A DNA stretch of 17,610 nt from Gemmatimonadota bacterium (GCA_031372565.1 JANMLN010000176.1:1-17610), one strand, 5' to 3'; positions 8,353 through 17,287 are shown, counted from the first letter of the stretch. The notes: generated by a model from the letters alone, not told the origin. Translations and numbers: made by a program.

Positions 8353-9201
8353 ATGCGTGTCGGCCGCATTCCCTACATCAACTGCTACCCGGTCTACGGG
8401 GCCATTGACCGTGGCCTCGTGCCAATGGCGGGAACGCTGGTGGATGGATTGCCAACGCGGCTCAACCGGCTCATGGCCGACGGCGTGCTGGATGTGAGCG
8501 TCGTCTCGGCCGTGGAGTATGCGCAGGACGCCGAGCGCTTCCTGCTGCTGCCGGATCTGGCGATCACCTGCGACGGCCCGGTGCGAAGCGTGATGCTGTT
8601 CAGTCGCGTGCCCGCATCCGAGCTCGGCGGTCGCCGGGTGCTGGTGAGCACCTCCAGCATGACGTCGGTCGAACTCCTCCGCCAGCTCTTCCGCGAGCGG
8701 TGGCACGCGGCGCCCGAGTTCGTACCGGCCGACGCCGAGATCGCCGACGTCGCCAACTTCGGCTCCGAGACGCACGCGGCACGGCTCGTGATCGGCGACG
8801 CGGCGCTCATGCTCGATGCGGCGCGGCGCGGTGACGCGGCGGCCGACGGTGCGCCGCATTATCCGTACGCGTACGATCTGGGCGCGGAGTGGAAGGCATG
8901 GACCGGCCTGCCCTTCGTGTTCGCCGTGTGGGTGGCGCAGCGGACGACACCGGTGGCCGACGCGCTGGCGGTGCATGCGTCGCTGATCGCGTCGCGTGAC
9001 TGGGGGGTCCGGCATCTGGACGAACTCGCCGCACAGGCGCACGCGAACACCGGCATCGCGCAGGTGGAGTGCCGCGAGTACTTCGACGGCCTCGACTATC
9101 GCCTCAGCTACAAGCACCTCGCGGGGCTCACGGAGTTCTTCCGCCGCCTCGTGACCGATGGCCGCGTCCCGGATGGGCGTCTGGCCTTCCTTCCCGCCTG
9201 A
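8353..9201 (+). CDS. mqnA: Chorismate dehydratase MqnA
   Basis: RVGRIPYINCYP, PTRLN, GPVRSV, SSMTS, LVIGDAAL and DLGAEWKAWTGLPFVFAVW. Confidence 0.93.
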   Translation: MRVGRIPYINCYPVYGAIDRGLVPMAGTLVDGLPTRLNRLMADGVLDVSVVSAVEYAQDAERFLLLPDLAITCDGPVRSVMLFSRVPASELGGRRVLVSTSSMTSVELLRQLFRERWHAAPEFVPADAEIADVANFGSETHAARLVIGDAALMLDAARRGDAAADGAPHYPYAYDLGAEWKAWTGLPFVFAVWVAQRTTPVADALAVHASLIASRDWGVRHLDELAAQAHANTGIAQVECREYFDGLDYRLSYKHLAGLTEFFRRLVTDGRVPDGRLAFLPA

Positions 9202-9226
9202 CCGTGCGACCCGTCGCACTCCTGAC

Positions 9227-10276
9227 ATGACGACCGTCTCCCGCGACCTGCTCGACTTCTACACCAACGCGCCGCTCCTCGAACTGGGCGCGGAGGCCGA
9301 CCGTATCCGCCGCGAGAAGCACCCGCACAACACGGTCACGTACATCGTCGACCGGAACATCAACTACACCAACGTGTGCGTGGCCGACTGCGGCTTTTGC
9401 GCCTTCGCGCGGCGGCCCAAGCACGGTGAGGGATACACGCTCTCGTTCGAGCAGATCGGGCAGAAGATCGAGGAGACCAAGGCGCTGGGTGGGGTGCAGA
9501 TCCTCATCCAGGGTGGGCACAACCCGTACATCCCCTTCGACTGGTATCTGGACCTGCTGCGCTACGTCAAGCGCAACCACCCGATCCACATCCATGGCTT
9601 CAGCCCGAGCGAGGTCGACTTCTTCGCGCAGGTGTTCCGCATGGATGCGCGCACGGTCGTGCGCGAACTCAAGGCGGCCGGGCTCGATTCGATTCCCGGC
9701 GGCGGCGGCGAGATTCTCGTCCAGCGCGTGCGGGACATCGTCGCCCCCAAGAAGGCGGGGGCCGACCGGTGGCTCGAGATCATGGGGATCGCGCACGAGG
9801 AAGGCATGAAGACCTCGGTGACCATGATGTACGGCATCGGCGAAACGCTGGCAGAGCGCCTCGAGCACCTGACGCGCGTCGAGGAACTGCAGCAGCGGAC
9901 GGGGGGCTTCACGGCGTTCATCACCTGGCCGCTGCAGCCCGAGAACACGCCGACGATGAGCCACATGCCGAAGACCGACGCGGTGGACTACCTGCGCACC
10001 GTCGCCATCGCGCGCATCGTGCTCGCCCACGTTCCCAACCTGCAGGCGTCGTGGGTCACGATGGGGCTCAAGATCGGGCAGCTCGCCCTCAACTTCGGCT
10101 GCAACGACTTCGGCTCCCTGATGATCGAGGAGAACGTGGTGTCGGCCGCCAACACCACGTATCGCACCACAACCGACGAGATGGAGCGCCTGATTCGCGA
10201 GGCGGGCTTCCTGGTCGCGCGGCGCCGGCAGGACTACTCGATCATCCCGGCGGAACTCGCCGGGGCCGCCGCGTAG
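9227..10276 (+). CDS. mqnC: Cyclic dehypoxanthinyl futalosine synthase MqnC
   Basis: TYIVDRNINYTNVCVADCGFCAF, ILIQGG, SIPGGGGEIL, GGFTAFITW, QASWVTMG and NDFGSLMIEENVV. Start taken at ATG 9227. Confidence 0.94.
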   Translation: MTTVSRDLLDFYTNAPLLELGAEADRIRREKHPHNTVTYIVDRNINYTNVCVADCGFCAFARRPKHGEGYTLSFEQIGQKIEETKALGGVQILIQGGHNPYIPFDWYLDLLRYVKRNHPIHIHGFSPSEVDFFAQVFRMDARTVVRELKAAGLDSIPGGGGEILVQRVRDIVAPKKAGADRWLEIMGIAHEEGMKTSVTMMYGIGETLAERLEHLTRVEELQQRTGGFTAFITWPLQPENTPTMSHMPKTDAVDYLRTVAIARIVLAHVPNLQASWVTMGLKIGQLALNFGCNDFGSLMIEENVVSAANTTYRTTTDEMERLIREAGFLVARRRQDYSIIPAELAGAAA

Positions 10277-10290
10277 GCCGAGTCCGCGAC

Positions 10291-10773
10291 ATGCACCGCA
10301 CCGGGATCGGGTACGACTCGCATCGCTTCGTTGAAGGCGGACCGCTCCGGCTCGGCGGCATCGACATTCCGTCGCCCGTGCGCTGCACCGGCCACTCGGA
10401 TGCGGACGCAGTCTGTCATGCGCTGACCGACGCCGTGCTTGGCGCTGCCGGGGCCGGGGACATCGGCGCGATGTTCCCCGACAATGATCCGGCCAACAAG
10501 GGGCGGGACTCGATCGAGATGCTGACGATCGCCGTCGACCGCCTGCATCGCCTGGGGTGGCATGTGCAGCAAGTGGATGTGACGGTCATCTGCGAACAAC
10601 CGAAGATCGGCCCGCATCGTGAGGCGATGGCAGATCGGATCGCGCACGCGCTGCGCGTCCTGCCAGGCCACGTGAGCGTGAAGGGCAAGACCAACGAGGG
10701 CATGGGGTTCACGGGTCGCGGCGAGGGCATTGCCGTGATGGCCGTCGCGACGATCGCGCCGCGCGACTCGTAG
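10291..10773 (+). CDS. ispF: 2-C-methyl-D-erythritol 2,4-cyclodiphosphate synthase
   Basis: RTGIGYDSHRF, GHSDADAVCHALTDAVLGA, GDIGAMFP and KGKTNEGMGFTGRGEGIA. Confidence 0.97.
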   Translation: MHRTGIGYDSHRFVEGGPLRLGGIDIPSPVRCTGHSDADAVCHALTDAVLGAAGAGDIGAMFPDNDPANKGRDSIEMLTIAVDRLHRLGWHVQQVDVTVICEQPKIGPHREAMADRIAHALRVLPGHVSVKGKTNEGMGFTGRGEGIAVMAVATIAPRDS

Positions 10774-10791
10774 CCCCGGAGACGCGCGCCA

Positions 10792-11286
10792 ATGGACGCG
10801 TTCACCGCGTGGGTACATGCGCTGCCGCCCGTGGCCTACTTCGTCGTCGTGGGGCTGTGCGCCGTGGGGGAGAGCTTCTTCCCGCCGATCCACAACGTGG
10901 TGCTGGCCGCGGCGCTGCTTGCGGCGGCCGGGAAGGTGAACCTGGGCGCGTCGTTCATGGTCATCACCGCAGGTCACCTGGTCGGCATGGCGGCCATTCA
11001 CCTGCTGGTGCGTCGGATGGGCGCGGCGCGACTCCACCAGTGGATCGCGAAGCGGGGCGGCAAGGTGCAACGCGGCGAGCAGCGGGTCCACGAGCTGTAT
11101 GGACGGCTGGGTGTCCCCGCGCTCTTCCTCGCGCGTGTGCTGCCCGGTCCGCGCATGATCGTCGCGCCCGTCACCGGGGCGCTCGCGCTGCCGTTCTGGT
11201 CGAGCCTCATTGCCATGACGGCGGCCACGCCGGTCATGTTGGGCGTGCTCGTCGCATTCCGGGCCGGGTTGTCCCGGTGGTTCTGA
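10792..11286 (+). CDS. DedA/VTT family membrane protein
   Basis: Hydrophobic protein with ESFFPP, G.....LFLARVLPGPR and F......A patterns of DedA, somewhat divergent. Confidence 0.8.
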   Translation: MDAFTAWVHALPPVAYFVVVGLCAVGESFFPPIHNVVLAAALLAAAGKVNLGASFMVITAGHLVGMAAIHLLVRRMGAARLHQWIAKRGGKVQRGEQRVHELYGRLGVPALFLARVLPGPRMIVAPVTGALALPFWSSLIAMTAATPVMLGVLVAFRAGLSRWF

Positions 11287-12191
11287 TCCCGGATCAGGTC
11301 GCGCGCGCCTTCTTCACCGAGCGGTTCGGCGACTTCCTGTCGCTGGAACAGGGTGCCAGCACGCGGACGCACGAGGCGTACGCGCGCGACGTGAAGCGGT
11401 TCGTGTCCTGGTCGGTGGCCAGGCAGACGATGACGCCGGCGGCGCTCACGCCGCGGCTCCTCCGCGACTACCTCTTCTTCCTGAAGGATCTGGGGCTCGC
11501 GCCCGCCTCCATCCGGCGCAACGTGTCGGCGCTGCGCACCTGGTTTCGCTTCCTGCTGGCCGAGGGGATCCTCGCGGGCGATCCGAGCGAGCGGCTGGAG
11601 ACGCCGAAGAAGTGGCGCACGCTGCCCGAGGTCCTGTCGGTGCCGGAGATCACGGCGCTGCTCAACGCGCCATCGCAGGACGATGCGCTCTACTATCGCG
11701 ACAAGGCGATGCTCGAGCTCGCGTACGGAGCCGGGCTTCGGGTCTCCGAATGGATCACGCTCGGCGTACGTGATCTCCTGACCGAGGATGGACTGGTGCG
11801 CGTGTTCGGCAAGGGCGGGAAGGAACGGCTCGTGCCGCTCGGACGCACGGCGGCCGGCGCGGTGGCGCTCTATCTCCGCGAGTTGCGGCCGACGTTGGAG
11901 CACGGGAAGGGGAAAGGGGTGCTCTTCCTGAACCATCGCGGCATGCCGATGTCGCGCATGGGCGCGTGGAAGATCCTGCGGAAGCATGTCGAGGCGGCGG
12001 GCCTCACGAAGGCGGTGACCCCGCACACGCTGCGGCATTCGTTCGCCACGCACCTGCTCGAGGGGGGCGCGGACCTGCGCGCCGTGCAGGAGATGCTCGG
12101 TCACGCCGACATCGGCACGACGCAGATCTACACGCACGTGGACCGCGAGTACCTGCGCACGGTCCACAAGCAGTATCATCCCCGGAGTTGA
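11277..12191 (+). CDS. xerD: Site-specific tyrosine recombinase XerD (start uncertain)
   Basis: RDKAMLELAYGAGLRVSE, GKGGKERLVP, HTLRHSFATHLL and VQEMLGHADIGTTQIYTHV...HPR; the R-K-H-R-H-Y catalytic set is complete. Start taken at GTG 11277, overlapping the DedA stop. Confidence 0.87.
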   Translation: MVLIPDQVARAFFTERFGDFLSLEQGASTRTHEAYARDVKRFVSWSVARQTMTPAALTPRLLRDYLFFLKDLGLAPASIRRNVSALRTWFRFLLAEGILAGDPSERLETPKKWRTLPEVLSVPEITALLNAPSQDDALYYRDKAMLELAYGAGLRVSEWITLGVRDLLTEDGLVRVFGKGGKERLVPLGRTAAGAVALYLRELRPTLEHGKGKGVLFLNHRGMPMSRMGAWKILRKHVEAAGLTKAVTPHTLRHSFATHLLEGGADLRAVQEMLGHADIGTTQIYTHVDREYLRTVHKQYHPRS

Positions 12192-12221
12192 GTTCGTGTG
12201 CGCCCGCCGAGGAACGCAAGC

Positions 12222-12809
12222 ATGAACGGCCCGCTGCTGGTCATCGACAACTACGACTCCTTCACCTTCAATCTCGTGCAGTACTTCGGCGAGTTGGGGG
12301 AGGACCCGATCGTGCGCCGCAACGACGAGATCACGGTTGACGATGTCGGCGCGCTCGCCCCGCGCGCCATCGTGCTCTCGCCGGGGCCATGCACGCCGCG
12401 CGAGGCCGGGATCACGGTCCCGGTCATCCGGCGCTGGGGCGCGAGCATTCCGACGCTTGGTGTCTGTCTCGGCCACCAGGCGATCGGCGAGGCTTACGGC
12501 GGCGCGGTGGTGCGCGCGGGCCGCATCATGCACGGCAAGACGTCACGCATTCGCCACGATGGCACGGGACTGTTCGCGGGCGTGGCCGACGGCTGCGACG
12601 TCATGCGCTACCACTCGCTGCTGGTCGAACGCGCATCGCTGCCGAACGACCTCGCGATCACGGCCGTGGCCGATGACGACGCCACCGAGATTCACGCGTT
12701 GCGCCATCGCACGCATCCCGTGTGGGGGGTGCAGTTCCACCCCGAGTCCGTGTTGACGCCGGACGGGAAGCGGATGCTGGCCAATTTTCTCGCGATGGCG
12801 CGAGGCTAG
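12222..12809 (+). CDS. Aminodeoxychorismate/anthranilate synthase component II (PabA/TrpG glutamine amidotransferase)
   Basis: IDNYDSFTFNL, SPGPCTP, GVCLGHQ, HGK, RYHSL and GVQFHPES. PabA and TrpG cannot be told apart by eye. Confidence 0.95.
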   Translation: MNGPLLVIDNYDSFTFNLVQYFGELGEDPIVRRNDEITVDDVGALAPRAIVLSPGPCTPREAGITVPVIRRWGASIPTLGVCLGHQAIGEAYGGAVVRAGRIMHGKTSRIRHDGTGLFAGVADGCDVMRYHSLLVERASLPNDLAITAVADDDATEIHALRHRTHPVWGVQFHPESVLTPDGKRMLANFLAMARG

Positions 12810-12810
12810 C

Positions 12811-14379
12811 GTGAGGCAAGCGGCCCGCTGGCGGCTGGGAGTCGCGGTCGCCGCACTGGCGTTCGTGCCCGCCGCGCGCGCGCAGCAGCCAGGCGCCCCG
12901 ACGGCGCCAACGGCTCCTGCGACGGCTCCTGCAGTCCGCCCTCCTGCCGGCTTCGACGTGCGCATCCAGGGGGCAGCCCCCGGCATCTCCGGCGACGCCC
13001 TGCGCGACGCGCTCCGCGGCCCGCACACCACGTGGCGTGGAAGCCCGGGGGGCAAGGTACGCGTTCCACGCGACACATCCTTTCCGCATGCGCTCGTCGT
13101 GGCCGGAGGTACGGCATTCTTCCAGGCGCGCGTGCAGGGCGACGTGATCGTCGCCGGCGGTGATCTCGAGCTCGGCCCCGGCGCACGGATCGAGGGGCGC
13201 GCGATCGCCATCGGCGGAGTCGTCAAGCGCAGCCCCTGGGCGTTCGTGCGCGACTCCCTGTTCTCGTACCCACAACACAACTACGACCTCATCGAGCAGG
13301 ACGGCGAGTCGTTGCTGCGCTACCGGCGGCAGCGCGAACTCGCGGGCCAGCTCTTCTTCGAACTGCCGGGCTACTACGGCTGGCAGGAGCTGTCGTACGA
13401 TCGCGTGCAATCCGTCGGTGTCCTCTTCGGCTCCGAGCTGGCGTTCACGGGGTCCGACGTGCTCTTGCAGGCGAGCCTCGGATGGCACGCGCTGTTGGGG
13501 GGCGTCGATCCGGGGCTCCACCTGCGTGCGCCCGTGGGCGCGGCGTGGAAGCTCAACCTTGACGTGCGGCGCGAGACGCGCACCAACGAGGGGTGGATTG
13601 CGGGGCCGGTCGACAACTCGGTGACGACCCTAATCTTCGGGCAGGATGTGCGCAACTATTACCGGGCATGGCGTGCAGAGGCCGCGCTGTCCCGTCCGAT
13701 CGAGTTCCAGCGCGGTCTCATGACGTTGGCCGTGGGCGGCGCGTTCGAGCGGGCGCAGACTCTCGCGACGGCATCACCCGCGATGCCCAGCCTCATCGGA
13801 CAGACGCTGCTCTTCAGCAACCGCCGTCCCAATCCCGCGATCACCGATGGCGACATCGGCTCCGGGTTCGTCGACGTCCGCTACGAGCATCTCGCGAACC
13901 GCACGCCCTGGTCCCTGGGGATCCGCACCGAAGTCCCGTGGCAGACCGTGGGTTCGGCGCGCTGGGTCCAGTCGATCATTCGCGGCTCGCTGCTGATCCC
14001 GAGCGTGCGCACGCAGTACTGGCAGGCCAATGTCCGGGCGATCGTCACGGCGAACGGGCCTGCGCCCGGGCAGCGCCGTCACGGCGTCGGTGGCCCGAGT
14101 TCGATGACGACACGCGACATCCTTGATCGCGTGGGGGATCATCTGCTCTTCGCCGAGCAACTGTACACCTTCCCGATCGACCGGTGGGAGGATCCCCTGT
14201 GGGGCACGCCAAGGTTCTCGTTGCGCCATGTCATCGGCAGCGCCGGCGTCGGCAGCCTGGGCACGTTGAACAACGAGATCGGCATCCGGTTCGACTTCGC
14301 CCTGCTCCGGTCGGATGTCATGTACGATCCGGTCAGCCAGCGCGTGATCTTCTCGTTCGCCGCGGCGATCGGCCCGTGA
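12811..14379 (+). CDS. Exported hypothetical protein: signal peptide, Pro/Ala linker, short beta-helix-like segment, predicted beta-barrel C-terminal region
   Basis: GTG start 1 nt after the upstream stop. Signal peptide ending ARA-QQ, segment VQGDVIVAGGDLELGPGARIEGRAIAIGG, and many alternating amphipathic, aromatic-rich strands downstream. Confidence 0.65.
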   Translation: MRQAARWRLGVAVAALAFVPAARAQQPGAPTAPTAPATAPAVRPPAGFDVRIQGAAPGISGDALRDALRGPHTTWRGSPGGKVRVPRDTSFPHALVVAGGTAFFQARVQGDVIVAGGDLELGPGARIEGRAIAIGGVVKRSPWAFVRDSLFSYPQHNYDLIEQDGESLLRYRRQRELAGQLFFELPGYYGWQELSYDRVQSVGVLFGSELAFTGSDVLLQASLGWHALLGGVDPGLHLRAPVGAAWKLNLDVRRETRTNEGWIAGPVDNSVTTLIFGQDVRNYYRAWRAEAALSRPIEFQRGLMTLAVGGAFERAQTLATASPAMPSLIGQTLLFSNRRPNPAITDGDIGSGFVDVRYEHLANRTPWSLGIRTEVPWQTVGSARWVQSIIRGSLLIPSVRTQYWQANVRAIVTANGPAPGQRRHGVGGPSSMTTRDILDRVGDHLLFAEQLYTFPIDRWEDPLWGTPRFSLRHVIGSAGVGSLGTLNNEIGIRFDFALLRSDVMYDPVSQRVIFSFAAAIGP

Positions 14380-14395
14380 TTGCGCCCTCTCCTCG

Positions 14396-15577
14396 ATGCC
14401 TCGTGCCATGCTGAAGCGCCTGCTCTTCGGTCTGTTTGTCGTGCTGGTTGTCGCTGGTGGCGCGGGGTACCTGCTGGCACCCGGCATCGCCGACCGCCTG
14501 ATGAACAAGCGCGCCGGGGCGCCGCCGTGGGGGGTGAGCGCGCAGGCCGAGTCGGTGACGAAGGCGATCGGCCCGATCGATCTGCACAACGACGTGCTGC
14601 TCTGGGGGCGCGACATCCTGGCGAAGGCCGATCATGGTCACGTCGACCTGCCGCGGCTGCAGGAGGGGCACTTTGCGTTGGCCGTCTTCTCGACCGTCAC
14701 GAAGACGCCGAAGGGGATCAACTACGTCCAGAACGACTCGAGCACCGACCAGATCAGACTGCTGGCCCAGGTGTCGGGATGGCCGGCCGCGGCCATCACG
14801 TATCGGGTCCGTCGTGCCATCCTGCAGGCCGATCGGCTCCACGCGGCCGTCGCGGCGTCACACGGCAACCTGTTGCTGATCACCACGCGGCCGCAGCTCG
14901 ATTCACTCATGGCGATGCGCGCTCGCGGCAGCACGAGTGTGGGCGCCGTGCTGAGCACCGAGGGACTGCATGCCCTTGATGGACAACTGGCCAACGTCGA
15001 CACGCTGTTTGCGCACGGCTTTCGTGCGGCCGGCATCACGCACTTCTTCGACAACGACCTCGGCGGCAGCGCGCACGGCGTCGCCAAGGAAGGCCTGACC
15101 GCGCTCGGCCGTTCCGTCGTGCAGCGCATGGAGCAGCTCGGCATGGTGGTCGATGTCGCGCATGCCTCGCCCACGGTCGTGCGCGAGGTGCTCACGATGG
15201 CCTCCAAGCCGGTGTGGGTGAGCCATGGCGGCGTGCAGGCGGTGTGCCCGGGCCCGCGCAATCTGACGGATGACCAGCTGCGAGCGCTCGCCAGGACGGG
15301 TGGCGTGATCGGCATCGGTTTCTGGGACGGAGCGCTCTGCGATCCGACGCCAGCGAACGCGGCGCGCGCCATCCGCCATGTCGCCAACACCGTGGGCGTC
15401 GACCACGTCGCGCTCGGCTCCGACTGGGACGGCGCGACGACGGAACCGTTCGACGCGAGCGGCATCGGGGTGATCACCGACGCGCTCCTCAAGGAGAAGT
15501 TCACGGGCGAGGAGATCGCGAAGATCCTCCACGGCAATGCCGTGCGCGTGCTACGGGCGGTGCTGCCGGCCCGGTGA
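14396..15577 (+). CDS. Membrane-anchored dipeptidase, peptidase M19 (renal dipeptidase) family (alternative start at 14408)
   Basis: N-terminal TM helix; DLHND, GHVDLPRL, STEG, THFFDN, GLT..G, DVAHAS, SHGG and HVALGSDWDG. Confidence 0.9.
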   Translation: MPRAMLKRLLFGLFVVLVVAGGAGYLLAPGIADRLMNKRAGAPPWGVSAQAESVTKAIGPIDLHNDVLLWGRDILAKADHGHVDLPRLQEGHFALAVFSTVTKTPKGINYVQNDSSTDQIRLLAQVSGWPAAAITYRVRRAILQADRLHAAVAASHGNLLLITTRPQLDSLMAMRARGSTSVGAVLSTEGLHALDGQLANVDTLFAHGFRAAGITHFFDNDLGGSAHGVAKEGLTALGRSVVQRMEQLGMVVDVAHASPTVVREVLTMASKPVWVSHGGVQAVCPGPRNLTDDQLRALARTGGVIGIGFWDGALCDPTPANAARAIRHVANTVGVDHVALGSDWDGATTEPFDASGIGVITDALLKEKFTGEEIAKILHGNAVRVLRAVLPAR

Positions 15578-15583
15578 GGCGTG

Positions 15584-15814
15584 TTACGGACGCTGCCGGA
15601 GTTCCCGCAGGCGTCGGCGCACGAGCCAGAGCACGGCACCGCCGATGAGCAGCGACGGCACGGAGACAACGAACACGGCGATGCGATAGTCGTCGCCGCG
15701 TACCGGGCGGGCGTACGTCAGCAGCGTCATCACGGTGTAGCCACCACCGCACAGCGTCATGAGCAGTCCGACCAATCCCGACGCGAGCAGCGCGGCCGTC
15801 CAGAGTTTCTTCAT
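15584..15814 (-). CDS. 76-aa membrane protein with two hydrophobic segments and a single Cys (C22) in a lipobox-like position
   Basis: ATGA overlap with the radical SAM stop (15811-15814). MKK, a hydrophobic stretch, LMTLC-GGG, a second TM segment and an Arg-rich tail. Confidence 0.72.
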   Translation of the reverse strand: MKKLWTAALLASGLVGLLMTLCGGGYTVMTLLTYARPVRGDDYRIAVFVVSVPSLLIGGAVLWLVRRRLRELRQRP

Positions 15815-17241
15815 GCGCGCTCCAACGGAGTGAACATCGTCGTCACCTCGGCACGTCGTTGATCGAGCACATCGCGACGATCATCCCGGTACAGCAGATT
15901 GAACGCCTCGAACGGGATGATGCGCCCATCAGGCTGGACGAGGTGCACGCAGCTCTTCTTCATTGCGCGCACGTCGAACGCCTCGGCATCCATGAATGCC
16001 ATGATCAGCACGCGAAAGACGTTCGCGTAGCCGAGCCCCTCGGGCACCTGCACGTTGGGCAGGCAGCAGAGCAGGGAGGCGAGGCTCTCCGCCTGTGCCT
16101 CGGGGGAGAGGTTGGTGGCGAACAGCTTGAACACCTCGCCCTTGAGGACCGCGTCCTGCTCGAAGACGATCGTGTTGCGCTCGCCGGCCAGCAGCACTTC
16201 CGGGCTGATGAAGCGCGTGAGCGGCAGGATCCCGTTGGCCGTGCGGAGCGCATAGCCCATCGCGAGCGCGTCGGGGTTGCACGGCACCGGAATGATGTCG
16301 GCCGCCTCGAAGATCGTGCTCTGCTCGAGCAGCTTCGTGCGCACGTCGGTGAGCGTGAGCCGCTCCGTCGTGGGCGCCACTCCCGTGGTCCGTCCGGCGA
16401 ACTGCATCGGCTGGAGGGTCACACCGCGCACGCACGGCTGCTCGGCGGCGTGCGCGATGACTGCGCCGATCTCGTGGTCGTTGACGCCGCGTGCGACCGT
16501 CATCACGAGCGTCGTCGACAGCCCCACCCGGTTGAGCGCGTCCAGCGCCTTCGCGCGCACCTGGCGCAGATCCGCGCCGCGCAGCGTCATGAGCGCATCG
16601 CGCTCGAGCGAGTCGAACTGGAGGTACACCTCGAACCCCGGCGCGTAGGTCGCGAGGCGCTCGGCGAAGCCCGGCTCCTGCGCGATCCGGATGCCGTTGG
16701 TGTTGAGCATCAGGTGGCGAATGGGGCGCCGCTTGGCCGCATCGAGGATGGCGAAGAACTCGGGATGCGTGGTCGGTTCGCCGCCCGAGAGCTGCACCAC
16801 GTCGGGTTCGTGCTCGTTGGCCACGATGGCGTCGAGCATTCGTTCGATCGTGGCGAGGTCGCGCCGTTCGGTGCGATGCGGCCCCGATGCGGCATAGCAG
16901 ACCGGGCAGCTCAGGTTGCAGTGGTCCGTGACCTCGAGAATCGTCAGGCACGAGTGCTGCATGTGGTCCGGGCACAGCCCGCAATCGTACGGGCACCCCC
17001 AGTGCATGGCCGTGTTGAACCGGTACGGCATCTCGGGCGACTTGATGTACACCTCGCGGCCCAACCGCCAGAAGGCGGCGTCACTCGCGACCAGCACCTT
17101 GGACGCGCCGTGTTCGGGGCACCACTTGTGCATCCACACCTGGTTGTCCTTGATGACCACCTTGCCCTCGATGCGACGCAGGCAGTCGCGGCACAGCGTC
17201 ACCACCTGGTCGTAGTAGAGGTACGGACGGACGCGGGGCAT
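15811..17241 (-). CDS. Radical SAM protein of the MJ0619/COG1964 family (tetraether synthase Tes / GDGT-MAS-like), 476 aa
   Basis: Start MPRVRPYLYYD at 17241. N-terminal CRDC...CPEHG, then GCPYDCGLCPDH, radical SAM motif CNLSCPVC (16897-16920), SGGEPT, NTNG, YLQFD and C-terminal MAFMD...D.....SCVH...DGRIIPF. Confidence 0.88.
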   Translation of the reverse strand: MPRVRPYLYYDQVVTLCRDCLRRIEGKVVIKDNQVWMHKWCPEHGASKVLVASDAAFWRLGREVYIKSPEMPYRFNTAMHWGCPYDCGLCPDHMQHSCLTILEVTDHCNLSCPVCYAASGPHRTERRDLATIERMLDAIVANEHEPDVVQLSGGEPTTHPEFFAILDAAKRRPIRHLMLNTNGIRIAQEPGFAERLATYAPGFEVYLQFDSLERDALMTLRGADLRQVRAKALDALNRVGLSTTLVMTVARGVNDHEIGAVIAHAAEQPCVRGVTLQPMQFAGRTTGVAPTTERLTLTDVRTKLLEQSTIFEAADIIPVPCNPDALAMGYALRTANGILPLTRFISPEVLLAGERNTIVFEQDAVLKGEVFKLFATNLSPEAQAESLASLLCCLPNVQVPEGLGYANVFRVLIMAFMDAEAFDVRAMKKSCVHLVQPDGRIIPFEAFNLLYRDDRRDVLDQRRAEVTTMFTPLERA

Positions 17242-17287
17242 GTGGGTCGGATAAGGATGAGGTGCGGACGGAGTCGGGGCCTGCGAA

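Noticed and set aside
11277..12191. Phage or island integrase marking a mobile element
   Set aside because: It has XerD-type length and signature motifs, sits among housekeeping genes, and no att-like repeats, tRNA or compositional shift are visible.
15811..17241. Calling the radical SAM gene moaA, a pterin methyltransferase, or a confirmed tetraether synthase
   Set aside because: It lacks the MoaA C-terminal cysteine and GG pattern, the pterin-methyltransferase label for MJ0619 was superseded by the GDGT-MAS assignment, and the differing C-terminus and Lgt context prevent a confident Tes call.
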